Source: an uncultured Gammaproteobacteria bacterium
GTDB taxonomy: Bacteria > Patescibacteriota > Microgenomatia > CAZETR01 > Amesbacteraceae
Direction of reading: 5' to 3'
Length of the DNA: 64,000 nt
Assembly: GCA_964356705.1 (NCBI GenBank)
Contig: CAYHIN010000001.1
Span: 3,066-67,065, forward strand
Shown: positions 16,852-27,723 of the stretch, one piece after another
Layout of the letters: every line of letters begins with the position of its first letter
Numbering within the stretch: the stretch's first letter is position 1
Notes under the pieces: generated by a model
Databases searched by the model: none
Told to the model about the DNA's origin: nothing
What the model saw: the letters and a program-made list of their open reading frames with translations, nothing else
Made by a program: the position numbers and the translations under genes

Positions 16852-19629
16852 CTATCTTCTTTTTCCTCTCATCCATGCAAACATTCTCCCCAGACCTGTG
16901 TCGTTCCATGAGTCTTCAGACATGTCCCAAAACTCTCTTTGTCCTGTGCGTGTATTTCTTCCAGCCCCTAACCATACAGGCAAACCAAGCACTGCAGCCT
17001 TTGTGGATAGAGTAATTTTAGGAAGTGTACCACTTCTCAACGCCTTCAATAGCTCATCAATCCCTCCTTTTCCCGACTTTCTATTCATTTCATCAGCAGC
17101 ATCATCGTTACCATCACGCAAATTACCTATGTCATCCATCGTATCGTCAATTTTTGCATAACCAGCATAAACACCTTGTAATGGTTTCGCATTCACTATT
17201 GTCGCCTCGTCTGCTGTCGGGTCATAATCTTCTGCTTCCTCCAAAGTCGCAACTACTCCAAATAAATCCTCTACTCCCCGCTCAGATACAACCCTAGCCA
17301 AATACCCCACTCCGCCAACATCTCCATTCTTATCGCCATGTTTCATCTTTTCCAATGGAGACTTGCACGCTCCTTCCTTTGAAAATGGTATCCATTTATT
17401 CGGATCATATTTACCTAAAATTTCCGATTGTGCATTTTTGATAACATCTCTTGTCTTTTTTTCAGCCTCAATTTCCCGATTCAGTTTTTCCCTTTTTGCA
17501 GCACTCAAATCTTTATCTTCCAACTGTCGCTCGATCTTAAATATTTTTACTTCTTGAAGCAGCCTCTCTGTTTCCGATCTTCTCCAAATATCGGAGTCCT
17601 TCCTTACTTCTACTAAATCAGTAGGTAAACCTGACACTCCCTCATATACTCCTGGATTAATCACTGGGTTCCACAACGCCTGATGTGTGTTGATCATTTT
17701 TCTATATTCCACCATTTCCGGCCCAAGCGCCAAGAGCTTAGCAAGTTCTCTCATTGATCCCACTCTTACTTCATCCATACCATCAAATCTGGCCATCATA
17801 TCCTTCCCAATCTGGTTCATTCTTGCTTTAACGGCTGTATGCAGTAGCTTATTGTGACCCTTCCTCATCATATCCTGAAGTTCACCCTGATACTCAGCCA
17901 CAAAGCTTGCCTGTTCTGCCGACAAATCTCCAACCTCTTGGCCACACAGTGCCAACCACATTCTAAGAGAATCTTTAGCGATTTCATCATTTGAATAAGC
18001 CCTGAAAGTTTCTTTCAAATTAAACGATGTCTGATTCAACGCACCCTCCTGCACATCTCTATCTAGAGCCTTAGATCCACCACCCAAACTATTCCAAGTT
18101 CCTTGATCTTTTGCCCTTATCGTCATCAGCTTAAACACCCCACCAGTCAACAATTCATAAGCATTCATCGCTCTCTCAGTCACTCCTACTCGATCGACGC
18201 TTCTTCCCTCAGCTCCAGCCAAAGCTTTTTCTTCTTCCACTAGACCTCTTGTTATAGCTTCCAATCGAATCCCTGGCGCTTCTCCAATCTTAAAAGCTGT
18301 AGCAATTACTACTCTTGTGCTCTTCATGACCAACTCCATCCCCTCTGCACCAGTCTCTGTCACGAATAAAAACTTAGGTAATCCATGTGCCACCAAAAAT
18401 TCATCATTCACCAACTCTTGACTCACATCTGTTTCATCCTCTTTTGGACCATACCTACTAAAGGACTCTTGTCCTACACTACTTCTTGCTTGAGACCGAC
18501 CATTTAATATTCCATTTTGGGGTTTTATTGCTTTTCTTATAGTAACCCCAGGATCAACTGATTCGTCAGTCATACTCACCAACAAATTAGCTGTCGTCAG
18601 TTTTAAGTCACCAAGGTTGAGGTATTTTTGCCTATCTTTTTGCTGTTCAAGCTCTCTTGCATCATATGGCCTTTTGGCGCGCTTTAACGCCTCAAGCTGG
18701 GCCACCACCAGATTTGTCTGCACCCCTTCAAGCCATAAATCAACTACTGATTCATATTTGCCATCTTTCCACCCATTGACCTTTCTATATTCAGCCAATT
18801 CTCTACAATAGGCCGCTGCTTGTTCAACGGGAGGATCGCTACTCACTATCCCCAAGGCCATATCCCGATTCCATTCACGCATAATTTCAGTAAATCTTTG
18901 GCCAACGAGGGAGTTTATTTTCGCAAAGGCGTTATCAGCTTCAGCGGCAGCCACCAATTCCTTTCTCCTCCTAATAAGACCGTTATCACGTAAGATATTA
19001 GGGTCTTTTGAAAAATCGCTTCTCAGCTCGTCACTCAACGCATCCCATTCATAATAGGTTTTGATATCACTTTCATAAATGCTTTTATCCATTTTTGCGT
19101 CAAAATCTCTTAATATTGTTCCGCCTTTTCCAGCCCCCATTGCCACTTCCATCCGCCTCAGTTGATATTCTACCCACTCCAGATATACATCTTTATTTGC
19201 AATATGCTTCTCGTCCAGCTTTTTCTCACAAGCTTCCAATACTGACTTTATAATTTTCACCAGATCTTTAGCACCAAAACCCTTCACTTTTCCACTCTCA
19301 TTTACCCGTATCGCCTCTATCCAAGTTTTTCGAACTTTACTTTCAACAATCTCTCCCAACCCTTCTACTTGGGCTTCTTCACCCACCTGCATTAACCACT
19401 CAGTTGCTTTTGCACTCTCAGGTCCACCTTTTCGAGCCGTATCTCTTACTTGTTCGTACGAAGGAGAAGGTGCAGATTCTTTCACACCGGCGATTCCTCT
19501 ATATTCGGGAGCATGTATTCTTGTCACTTCTTCAGCAGTGGAAGGAGCCCGCTTTCGCGAACCTCCCAATCCCTCAATATCTGGCGCACTTAATCTTTCA
19601 GGTATCATAAATTCTCCAAAATCAGGCAT
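16852..19629 (-). CDS. Hypothetical 925-aa charged, helical protein
   Basis: Long ORF without recognisable motifs. Confidence 0.7.
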   Translation of the reverse strand: MPDFGEFMIPERLSAPDIEGLGGSRKRAPSTAEEVTRIHAPEYRGIAGVKESAPSPSYEQVRDTARKGGPESAKATEWLMQVGEEAQVEGLGEIVESKVRKTWIEAIRVNESGKVKGFGAKDLVKIIKSVLEACEKKLDEKHIANKDVYLEWVEYQLRRMEVAMGAGKGGTILRDFDAKMDKSIYESDIKTYYEWDALSDELRSDFSKDPNILRDNGLIRRRKELVAAAEADNAFAKINSLVGQRFTEIMREWNRDMALGIVSSDPPVEQAAAYCRELAEYRKVNGWKDGKYESVVDLWLEGVQTNLVVAQLEALKRAKRPYDARELEQQKDRQKYLNLGDLKLTTANLLVSMTDESVDPGVTIRKAIKPQNGILNGRSQARSSVGQESFSRYGPKEDETDVSQELVNDEFLVAHGLPKFLFVTETGAEGMELVMKSTRVVIATAFKIGEAPGIRLEAITRGLVEEEKALAGAEGRSVDRVGVTERAMNAYELLTGGVFKLMTIRAKDQGTWNSLGGGSKALDRDVQEGALNQTSFNLKETFRAYSNDEIAKDSLRMWLALCGQEVGDLSAEQASFVAEYQGELQDMMRKGHNKLLHTAVKARMNQIGKDMMARFDGMDEVRVGSMRELAKLLALGPEMVEYRKMINTHQALWNPVINPGVYEGVSGLPTDLVEVRKDSDIWRRSETERLLQEVKIFKIERQLEDKDLSAAKREKLNREIEAEKKTRDVIKNAQSEILGKYDPNKWIPFSKEGACKSPLEKMKHGDKNGDVGGVGYLARVVSERGVEDLFGVVATLEEAEDYDPTADEATIVNAKPLQGVYAGYAKIDDTMDDIGNLRDGNDDAADEMNRKSGKGGIDELLKALRSGTLPKITLSTKAAVLGLPVWLGAGRNTRTGQREFWDMSEDSWNDTGLGRMFAWMRGKRR

Positions 19630-19713
19630 TGTCCAATTATACCGTACCCAGGCTAATTTGGCCGCCGGCCATAAAACAACAAGCCGTGCCCCAAAACATC
19701 AGTTTCTAATTGC

Positions 19714-19927
19714 TTATAAGTCTTCCATCTTCAAACCAGCTTGCTTCAAAATACTCCTTAAAGTGTTCTTCTTCAGGTCTTTGTTGTGCATTGGCACAGT
19801 AGTCCTCAAATTTCTCGCTGCATGAAACATGCTGTACATGACTACCTATCTGTCGTTTTTTCACAAAACCAGCTCTTTTCAGAATTTTTAACATCTCTTT
19901 CGGTTTCATCGAGGGCAGATTTCCCAT
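19714..19927 (-). pseudogene. hicA: HicA toxin, frameshifted
   Basis: LKRAGF..RQIGSHV, then a 1-nt shift at ~19834 continues SMFH..TTVPMHNKDLKKNTLRSILKQAG. Confidence 0.8.
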
Positions 19928-20196
19928 ACACTACACTGCACTGCAAATCTTGGTCCAGTCACATTTACTGGAACCACAAAACTGTTCTCATCAGGCTCAG
20001 GAATCTCCTCACCATCCTCCTGCAATACTCGCAAGTATCCACCAATCGCATCTCTCGCCATCTCGATGGCCAACTCATAAGTATCACCTTCAGTCACAAG
20101 TCCTGGCAATTTAGGCACAGTCACAGTGAAACCACCCTCCTCACAAGGTTCAAAAACCGCATTATATTTCAGTACTTTTACTACACTTTTACTCAC
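19906..20196 (-). CDS. hicB: HicB family antitoxin (short form, read-through tail)
   Basis: EEGGFTVTVPKLPGLVTEGDTYELAIEMARDAI. Confidence 0.88.
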   Translation of the reverse strand: MSKSVVKVLKYNAVFEPCEEGGFTVTVPKLPGLVTEGDTYELAIEMARDAIGGYLRVLQEDGEEIPEPDENSFVVPVNVTGPRFAVQCSVWEICPR

Positions 20197-20279
20197 ATCA
20201 TCATTTTAACATTTTAATACAATTAGATTAATCCCAATCAAAAAACAATAGTTAACATTTCGGATATAATCAAATCAAT

Positions 20280-21338
20280 ATGGAGCAACATGCAGTTCCT
20301 CAAAACATATCGTCGTACGAATTTCGCCTAGTAGGAGACATGACTCTCAAGCAGTTCTTTCAGCTGGCAGGCGGCATTGTTTTAGGGGTCGTCATTTTTC
20401 GCCTCCCCATTCCCGTTTTTATCAAATACCCTCTTGTTTTTATCTCAGTCATCGTGGGTGTTCTCATGGCCTTTGTTCCCATCAACGGTCGCCCTTTCAC
20501 CGCCTGGATCACTGCTTTTTTTAGAGCTATCTATGCTCCCACCGAATTTTTATGGGCTCCGGATACAGAGATTCCAGTTGCCAGCAACATTGCACCCATA
20601 ATTAGCGCCACCTCTCCTTTTCATTCCACCACCACAAATTCAAACACCCCGTCCACGCTTAGCGTGGACAAAGGAACGCTTAGCGTTCCAGCTCCAACTC
20701 AAAAAATTCCCTCTCCTGGATCAGGAGAGGGCAAGGGTGAGGTTTTGAAGGAAATACCCATGACTCCCGTAGTTTCCATGCCGAAACCTACAACCAAAGA
20801 AACTACTTTCAGTTCCTACACGCCACCACCTGCTACGCTTAGCGTAGCAAAAGGGACGCTTAGCGTTCCCAAACCAGTCATTGAACCAAAGTCAGTCATA
20901 GAACCCAAACCAATTTCTCCTATACAAGTTCCCTCTCCTGAATCAGGAGAGGGCCAGGGTGAGGTCGTCGGCCCCGTCACCCAACCTCTAAAAAAACCAG
21001 TCCCAGAGATCAATCTTCCCCAAGTTCCAGCAGCATCCAGCGCGACATCAGAGACCCAAAACGTTCCCACTCCCACTCAACCAAATGTCCTGGCCGGCAT
21101 GGTCACTGACCGTTCTGGAACAGCTATCGAATCTGCCATAGTCGAAATTATCGATAGTGTCACCCAGATTCCAGCCAGAGCCTTACGCACAAATCGCACC
21201 GGTCTCTTTCAGATTGTTACTCCTTTGAAGCCATCTAGTTACCAGGTCATAGTCGAAAAAGAAGGCCTTACATTTCCTCCAGTCAGCATCGTGGCAAATG
21301 GAAAAATTATCCAACCCATAATCATTAAAGCCACATGA
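20280..21338 (+). CDS. PrgI family protein with Pro-rich linker and carboxypeptidase-regulatory-like C-terminal domain
   Basis: HAVPQNI..EFRLVGDMTLKQF, PINGRPF; C-terminal GMVTD..G..I. Confidence 0.8.
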   Translation: MEQHAVPQNISSYEFRLVGDMTLKQFFQLAGGIVLGVVIFRLPIPVFIKYPLVFISVIVGVLMAFVPINGRPFTAWITAFFRAIYAPTEFLWAPDTEIPVASNIAPIISATSPFHSTTTNSNTPSTLSVDKGTLSVPAPTQKIPSPGSGEGKGEVLKEIPMTPVVSMPKPTTKETTFSSYTPPPATLSVAKGTLSVPKPVIEPKSVIEPKPISPIQVPSPESGEGQGEVVGPVTQPLKKPVPEINLPQVPAASSATSETQNVPTPTQPNVLAGMVTDRSGTAIESAIVEIIDSVTQIPARALRTNRTGLFQIVTPLKPSSYQVIVEKEGLTFPPVSIVANGKIIQPIIIKAT

Positions 21339-22003
21339 AACCCTCTACACAATCCCATTTAGATATCTACGACATCCAAAACGATCTACTGATCCTCAAG
21401 GACGGCTCAGTGTGTCTCCTCTTGGAGGTCTCCGCTATCAACTTCGGCCTCTTCTCCGAAAGAGAGCAAGAAGCCACCATTTATGCATATGCTCAGTTGC
21501 TCAATTCTCTCAATTTTACGATCCAAATAGTCATCACCAGCAAAAGAAAAGATATTACTGATTATCTAGACAAGCTCGAGGTCAGGCTATCATCTGCCCC
21601 TTCCCCAAAGATCAAAGACCAGCTTCTCAAATATCGCGATTTTATAAAGTCCATCGTCCGCCAGGGTAATGTCTTGGACAAGAAATTTTTCATTTCCATC
21701 CCCTTCTCGTCTCTGGAATTAGGTGTCAGCTCAGCTCTCAGTGCTTTTTCAAAAAAACCCACCAAGCCCCTCTCTCCTATCCCCACGATAGTCGAAAGAG
21801 CCACAAACAATCTCACTCCCAAACGAGATCATTTGATCAGATTGTTAGCCCGGATCGGCCTCAAATCTCGCCAGCTCGGAACCCTTGAGCTTCTCCAATT
21901 GTTCTATGACTCCTACAACGCCACAGATTTGGGTACCAAGGTGACACTTCCCATACAAGCAGGTGTCATCCTGAGCGAGCGTACACCTAAACCAACATCA
22001 TGA
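21335..22003 (+). CDS. T4SS-associated protein preceding VirB4 (TraC/VirB4 N-terminal-like)
   Basis: STQ.HLDI.DI, VSAINFGLFSE.EQ, LNSLNF.IQI, VLDKKFF. Confidence 0.7.
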   Translation: MKPSTQSHLDIYDIQNDLLILKDGSVCLLLEVSAINFGLFSEREQEATIYAYAQLLNSLNFTIQIVITSKRKDITDYLDKLEVRLSSAPSPKIKDQLLKYRDFIKSIVRQGNVLDKKFFISIPFSSLELGVSSALSAFSKKPTKPLSPIPTIVERATNNLTPKRDHLIRLLARIGLKSRQLGTLELLQLFYDSYNATDLGTKVTLPIQAGVILSERTPKPTS

Positions 22004-23880
22004 AATTCCCAACTCTCAAAATCCCAAACATAAAGAAAAGTCATCTACCCTCTCCTGGCGAAGGAGAGGGACCGAGGGTGAGGTTAACAGAGCCAGTCTC
22101 AAAAAAATCCCTCACCACCGCCAAAACTGTCCGCGACATCATCGCCCCTTCCTCTATCTCCATCGATTTCAACTATCTCAGACTTGGCGATCTCTACTAC
22201 CGCACCTACTTCACAAATATCAATCGCCGCTTTGTCGATGCCAACTGGCTCTCAGCTCTCATCAATTTCGACCATTCGCTCAACATCTCTATGTTTATTT
22301 ATCCCGTCGAAAGCAAAAGCACTCTCGATGATCTCAGAAGAAAAATCGCCGAAATGGAAGCCGAGATCAGTACCGATATGCAAAGAGGCCGTGTCGTCGA
22401 TCCCTCGACCCAAGCTAAGCTCGAGGACGCCCTTTCTCTCCAAGACCAGCTGGTCAAAGGCATTGAACGTTTCTTTCAGTTTTCCCTCTATGTTACGATT
22501 CCTGCCGAATCCTCATCAGAGTTGGACAATGTCGCAAAACAGGTCACGAGCACTCTTTCCTCACTCCAGCTCACAGCCACTCCCGCCCTTCTGGAGCAAG
22601 CCGAGGGTTTCAAGACCACTCTCCCCACTTGCGTCGACCATTTGGGCGTTCTCCGCAACATGGATACTACATCCCTTGCTACTACTTTTCCTTTTACCTC
22701 ATCTGAGCTTTCCAGCAACGATGGTGTGCTATATGGTCTCAATGAGCACAACGGCAGTCTCGTTCTCTTTGATCGCTTTAGTCTAGAAAATGCCAATACG
22801 GTAGTCTTTGCCAAGGCTGGGGCTGGAAAAAGCTTCCTGGTCAAGCTCGAGATTCTAAGGTCGACCATGTTCGGCACCGAGATTATCATTATTGATCCCG
22901 AAAACGAATACAAAACTCTTTGTGAGGCCGTGGGTGGTGAATACATTAACTTCTCTTTCAATTCCCAAAACCGCATCAATCCTTTTGACTTGTCGCTTCT
23001 GACCCAATATTCCGACGAAAACGAGCTCAATCTCAAGATTCAGTCTCTCCACTCCCTCTTCAAAGTCATCATGGGCAACCTCAATCCTACCGAAGACGCC
23101 CTTCTCGACCGTGCTCTTACCCAGACGTACAAAATGAAGGGTATTACTCCGGACCCTGAGACTCAAAAAAAGACTCCTCCTCTTATGGAGGATCTCTACA
23201 AAGCCTTTGTGGGCATGGAAGACCCCGAAGCCAAGTCTCTGGCCGACCGCATCGAAAAGTTTGTCAAGGGTTCTTTTGCCGGCATCATCGACCAGCCTAG
23301 TAATATCACTCTCAAAAATCCCTTTACCGTCTTCTCTGTCCGTGATCTGGAGGATTCTCTCAAGCCTATCGCCATTTTTATTATTCTCGACTTCATCTGG
23401 ACCAAGATGAGACGCGACCTCAAAAAGCGCATTCTCGTCGTAGACGAGGCTTGGTATCTCATGCGCTATCCCGATTCCGCCGCCTTCTTATATGGTATTG
23501 CCAAGCGCGCCCGCAAGTATTTCCTCGGCTTGACCACTATTACCCAAGACGTCGAAGATTTTCTGGCTTCTGATTATGGCAAACCCATTGTCACCAACTC
23601 TTCTATTCAGATTCTCATGAAGCAGTCTCCTGCGGCAATTGACAAAGTCGCCCAACTCTTTTACTTGTCAGAGGGAGAAAAGCATCTCCTACTCTCAGCC
23701 AACGTCGGAGAAGGTCTGTTCTTTGCGGGCAACAATCACGTCGCCATCCGATTTGTAGCCAGTCCTGACGAATATCAGTTGATTACCACCAAGCCAGGCG
23801 ATATTCTAGCCAAACAGAAGACCGATGCTGAAAACGCAGTTCGTCTAGTTACTCAAGAAGAACCCACCCAAAATGCCTGA
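22000..23880 (+). CDS. virB4: VirB4-like conjugal transfer ATPase
   Basis: Walker A AKAGAGKS, IIDPENEY, Walker B VVDEAW, ARK..TTITQ. Confidence 0.9.
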   Translation: MKFPTLKIPNIKKSHLPSPGEGEGPRVRLTEPVSKKSLTTAKTVRDIIAPSSISIDFNYLRLGDLYYRTYFTNINRRFVDANWLSALINFDHSLNISMFIYPVESKSTLDDLRRKIAEMEAEISTDMQRGRVVDPSTQAKLEDALSLQDQLVKGIERFFQFSLYVTIPAESSSELDNVAKQVTSTLSSLQLTATPALLEQAEGFKTTLPTCVDHLGVLRNMDTTSLATTFPFTSSELSSNDGVLYGLNEHNGSLVLFDRFSLENANTVVFAKAGAGKSFLVKLEILRSTMFGTEIIIIDPENEYKTLCEAVGGEYINFSFNSQNRINPFDLSLLTQYSDENELNLKIQSLHSLFKVIMGNLNPTEDALLDRALTQTYKMKGITPDPETQKKTPPLMEDLYKAFVGMEDPEAKSLADRIEKFVKGSFAGIIDQPSNITLKNPFTVFSVRDLEDSLKPIAIFIILDFIWTKMRRDLKKRILVVDEAWYLMRYPDSAAFLYGIAKRARKYFLGLTTITQDVEDFLASDYGKPIVTNSSIQILMKQSPAAIDKVAQLFYLSEGEKHLLLSANVGEGLFFAGNNHVAIRFVASPDEYQLITTKPGDILAKQKTDAENAVRLVTQEEPTQNA

Positions 23881-26800
23881 TTCCCCTCTCACTCAACTTG
23901 ATATCCAAAATCTAGAGTCAGCCATGCGCCTAGTCATCGAGGGCTATCAAAAAATCCGTTCAGAAAACCAAAGAGACATCTCCGAGTTTGACTTCTTTAG
24001 ATCAGAAATCCAACCTGTGTGGGATTGGGTCGGTCGGTATCTAACTCCATTTCAAATTCAAAAAATTCTGGGCGAAGCCTCTATTTCCTCCGAACACACC
24101 AAGGATGCCGAGAAAGAACGTGTTTTGGAAATCTGTGCAAATCTGCGAGCCAAGATTTTTAAAGAAATAAACAACTCCGATCTAGCTACCGTCCAAGAGC
24201 TTACTCAACAATGGGAAGAAGCAGAAAAAAATCTTTCCGCCCAACCCGACCCCGCCACTCAGTTTGTCACTCGCATCAAAAAAAGGTCTGCCATCTATGC
24301 CGCCAGGGCTTCTGTCGCCTCACTTCCTGAAAAAGAGATTCCGTCCACCCCGCCCCAGATTGATCCACGCATGGACGAAGTTATTGCTACCGCCTTCAAA
24401 GATATTCCTATACCAGACCAGGTCTCATTTCACAGAAAACTAGCTGATCTGGTCCAAAAAGCCAGCACCGCCTCTCCGGATGAATATCAAAGAATTACCC
24501 AGGAACTAGTCACTCACGTCGAAAAATCCACCGGCAGACCTCTCCCCCCGTCTCTACGAAAAGAGGTTCTTTCCTACATCCCACCCCTCGCCCGTCTTTC
24601 AGATTCAAAGATCACCCACGACCTTCAGTCGCTAGACACTCTAGAAGAAAAAGCTTTATATCTCCAAAACCACACGTCAGCCCATCTGACCCAAACCGAA
24701 GCCGTTGAGACAGCTCGTCAATATACCCAGCACGACACGGCTACCGTATCTCAAATAGTAGACACCATCCGGGATTTTTCCCACAACCAGGAGCTTACTT
24801 CCGCTCAGTCTACAAAACTAATTAATGAGATCTTGCCAGAGACTCTCCAAACCCACTCCAAAGAAACAGCGTCCAAACTGCTAACCCAAGTAAGATCTGT
24901 CCTCCCAAACCAAACTTCAGACCAAATCTCTAGCCTTACACAGGATCTCATCTTTTCCAAAGAATTCGCTTCTTCTGTCACTACCACATCTAAAGATGCC
25001 CCCAAGGAAACCTTCCTCGGCTCACTTCGCACTCTTATCCATCCCCATACCCTCCTTACCGATGCATCATCCATATCAGCCCAGTCGGGTGTTTCTTCAG
25101 AACTAATCACAAATCTTTTGATACAAACCCAATCTCAGGTTCTTACGCAAATTGCTACTCCAGAGTATGCCCAAAAATATATTGCTTACCTAGGCATTAC
25201 AGATTTTGATCCAGAAAGGACTCGCCAGATTGCAGATAGCGTACTCGAGGTCTTCACCAACCCAACTCTCTCTACCGCCACACCCCACATCACCACCTTT
25301 CTCACCACTCCCCCCAAACAAACACCCAAATATATCCAAAAAACGACTCTTGATTCAGTCGCCGAGGATTTTTCCAAAATTATTTCGGCAACCTTCCCCC
25401 AAAACTCTCCCGAGACCAAAATACTCACTGGTCTCATCCATCCTATTGCCAAAGGTCTGTCCATCTCACCAGAGTCAGCCCGAGACACACTTATTTCCAC
25501 AGTCAGATTAACCAACTATCTTTCCCCCTCAGCAAATACCAACCAGACTCTGGAAAAACTAGCTCCCATCATCGGTACTCTCCGCACAGTTCATCCAAAT
25601 ATCAAGCTCCTCACTTCATCTACCTCCTCAATTCTCCAAAGTCACACTACCCTCTCTAGTGCACAGCTCATTTCAGTGACAAATCAGTTTACTCTTAGGT
25701 ATCTTCTAAATCCCACCACAGATCCTCAGATATTTGCCAGCTATTTTGACAAAAGTATCCTTCCCCAGCTAGAAGCCCTCACTGGTCGTTCTATTTCACC
25801 TGAGAAGAGTCGCCAGATCTTTTCAGATCTTCACACTCATCTCCAGACCAATCCTCTTAGATTCACGGCAGACCAACAAGTCTTATCCTCACTCACCGCC
25901 CACTTCACCAAAGCCGGCCTCACCCCCGAGCAAGCCCGGGTTCTCGCTCCCAAACTACTCGATTCCGCCAAATTGAGTTTTTACTTCAGCGGATATACCC
26001 CTATAGGTAAAAATCTCGTTCACACCAAAGCCCTCCAGGCCCAATCTTTTAATAATATCTTCAAAGTCTCCTTAGAGAGTTTAATAGAAGCCAATCCAGC
26101 CCTCGCCAATCTCCGTTTTGGATATCTAAACTCCCGCAGAGTTTTTGAAGATCTCCACACTGTTTTAGGCAACCCTACTGCCTTAAGTCCCGAGTTTCTT
26201 ATCAAAATCCAGTCCCCAGTTATTTATTCTTTCACCAAATATTTAGAGGGCTACATTCCAGAACCCATCCGCCCAGTAGTGGCAGCTGCCGCCAAAACTC
26301 TACTTGGTAGTGCTTTTCTCACCTCAAAGTTTGCCGAACAGTCAGGATTAAGAAGTTTTGTTGCCGTCCTGGCCGCAGGTTCTACTAAACTTCGTCCCTT
26401 GGGTGTAGCCAGTGCCCTCAAGTTTTCCGGCAAAGGCGCCCTCCAATACAATCTCAGGTTTCTAAACAAATACACTGGCATGAAAGTAGCTGGGAATCCC
26501 GTAGCTCTGGCCTTCAGGAAAAATTTCCAAGCCCCAGTTTCAGCAGCCGTCAAGGGAGTTTGGACCAAATTTGCAGGTACAGCAGCCGGCAAAGCCATAA
26601 CTGCGGCAGGAGCAAAAATAGCTGCCAATGCCGCCCTTCAGCCCATTCTCCAGGCTATTGGCAGCGCCGCTCCCATCATTGGAAACCTCATTGCCCTTGC
26701 CGTCGGCTGGGTAGTAGGTGAGGTGCTCGTCAAGCTTATCGACCCGGCGATTCGATTTCTCAAAGAGCTAAAAGACAATATCATTCCCGGCGCCACGGCC

Positions 26801-27712
26801 CTCTTGCTCGGTTTCGGTGCCAGCATGGCCGGAGTATCGATCATCCCTTCAGCTCTCATAGGACTAGGTGGTGGACTCCTTACCGGCGGCATCCAGTCTG
26901 CCATCAGTTGCAAATACCTTGGGTTTAGTAGTCTATATGCTTCAAATGCAGCGTCAAAATTCAATTTTGTCGCGACAACCATTGCTACCTCAGCTGTGAC
27001 TTCTACGTTCAGCGGCGTCTTAATAGCCATCATTGCCGTCCCCGTCGTCGTCGCTTTCTTTGTCTACATCATTACCTCTAGCGCCCTAGTCACTCCCCCT
27101 ACCGTTTACAATACAGGCGGAGGTATTGGTTTTCAAAACGCCTCCAGCTGTCCCCTGGCCAGCGGCACTATCAGTACCTACTCTTACGATCCCGCCCACG
27201 AAGAGAGTTCAAACTACCACGGCGCCAATGGTTACTGGCGAGCTATCTTTGGTACTAATTCAAATCGATATTGTTCTTACCATCTCCCCAGTGACGGCAT
27301 CAGTTGTGCCCCCATCGGAGTCAGTGCCAACTATTGTTATCAAAATCATCCTCGCTGCGCAGGTCAAAATTCCCCCGTCTATGGTTACGCCATAGACGTC
27401 GTCAGCAGCGACCGTAACGTCTCTCTTCCCCAAATAAACGGCCAATCTCCTACTTGGGAATATGTAAGGCTGGTCTTCCCCTGCAACACTGGAGGATGTC
27501 CCCATCAATTCAGAACAGTCAATAGCTCAGATGGTAATATCTACACTCTCAACTTTCTCCACATGAAGGAACCCACAGTGCCGCCGGGTCCTTACATCTC
27601 AGGCACTAAAATTGGGGTACTTTTTGACCAAGGAGGCAACACCCATCTTCATTTAGAAGTCCAAATAAATGACGTCTACGTCAAACCCGAAAATTATTTC
27701 TGTAACATATAA
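23873..27712 (+). CDS. Giant membrane-anchored protein with long helical N-terminus and C-terminal M23/LAS-like peptidase
   Basis: TM segments after a long helical region; YAID, FLHM and HLHLEV motifs. Confidence 0.65.
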   Translation: MPDSPLTQLDIQNLESAMRLVIEGYQKIRSENQRDISEFDFFRSEIQPVWDWVGRYLTPFQIQKILGEASISSEHTKDAEKERVLEICANLRAKIFKEINNSDLATVQELTQQWEEAEKNLSAQPDPATQFVTRIKKRSAIYAARASVASLPEKEIPSTPPQIDPRMDEVIATAFKDIPIPDQVSFHRKLADLVQKASTASPDEYQRITQELVTHVEKSTGRPLPPSLRKEVLSYIPPLARLSDSKITHDLQSLDTLEEKALYLQNHTSAHLTQTEAVETARQYTQHDTATVSQIVDTIRDFSHNQELTSAQSTKLINEILPETLQTHSKETASKLLTQVRSVLPNQTSDQISSLTQDLIFSKEFASSVTTTSKDAPKETFLGSLRTLIHPHTLLTDASSISAQSGVSSELITNLLIQTQSQVLTQIATPEYAQKYIAYLGITDFDPERTRQIADSVLEVFTNPTLSTATPHITTFLTTPPKQTPKYIQKTTLDSVAEDFSKIISATFPQNSPETKILTGLIHPIAKGLSISPESARDTLISTVRLTNYLSPSANTNQTLEKLAPIIGTLRTVHPNIKLLTSSTSSILQSHTTLSSAQLISVTNQFTLRYLLNPTTDPQIFASYFDKSILPQLEALTGRSISPEKSRQIFSDLHTHLQTNPLRFTADQQVLSSLTAHFTKAGLTPEQARVLAPKLLDSAKLSFYFSGYTPIGKNLVHTKALQAQSFNNIFKVSLESLIEANPALANLRFGYLNSRRVFEDLHTVLGNPTALSPEFLIKIQSPVIYSFTKYLEGYIPEPIRPVVAAAAKTLLGSAFLTSKFAEQSGLRSFVAVLAAGSTKLRPLGVASALKFSGKGALQYNLRFLNKYTGMKVAGNPVALAFRKNFQAPVSAAVKGVWTKFAGTAAGKAITAAGAKIAANAALQPILQAIGSAAPIIGNLIALAVGWVVGEVLVKLIDPAIRFLKELKDNIIPGATALLLGFGASMAGVSIIPSALIGLGGGLLTGGIQSAISCKYLGFSSLYASNAASKFNFVATTIATSAVTSTFSGVLIAIIAVPVVVAFFVYIITSSALVTPPTVYNTGGGIGFQNASSCPLASGTISTYSYDPAHEESSNYHGANGYWRAIFGTNSNRYCSYHLPSDGISCAPIGVSANYCYQNHPRCAGQNSPVYGYAIDVVSSDRNVSLPQINGQSPTWEYVRLVFPCNTGGCPHQFRTVNSSDGNIYTLNFLHMKEPTVPPGPYISGTKIGVLFDQGGNTHLHLEVQINDVYVKPENYFCNI

Positions 27713-27723
27713 TCAAACTTACC

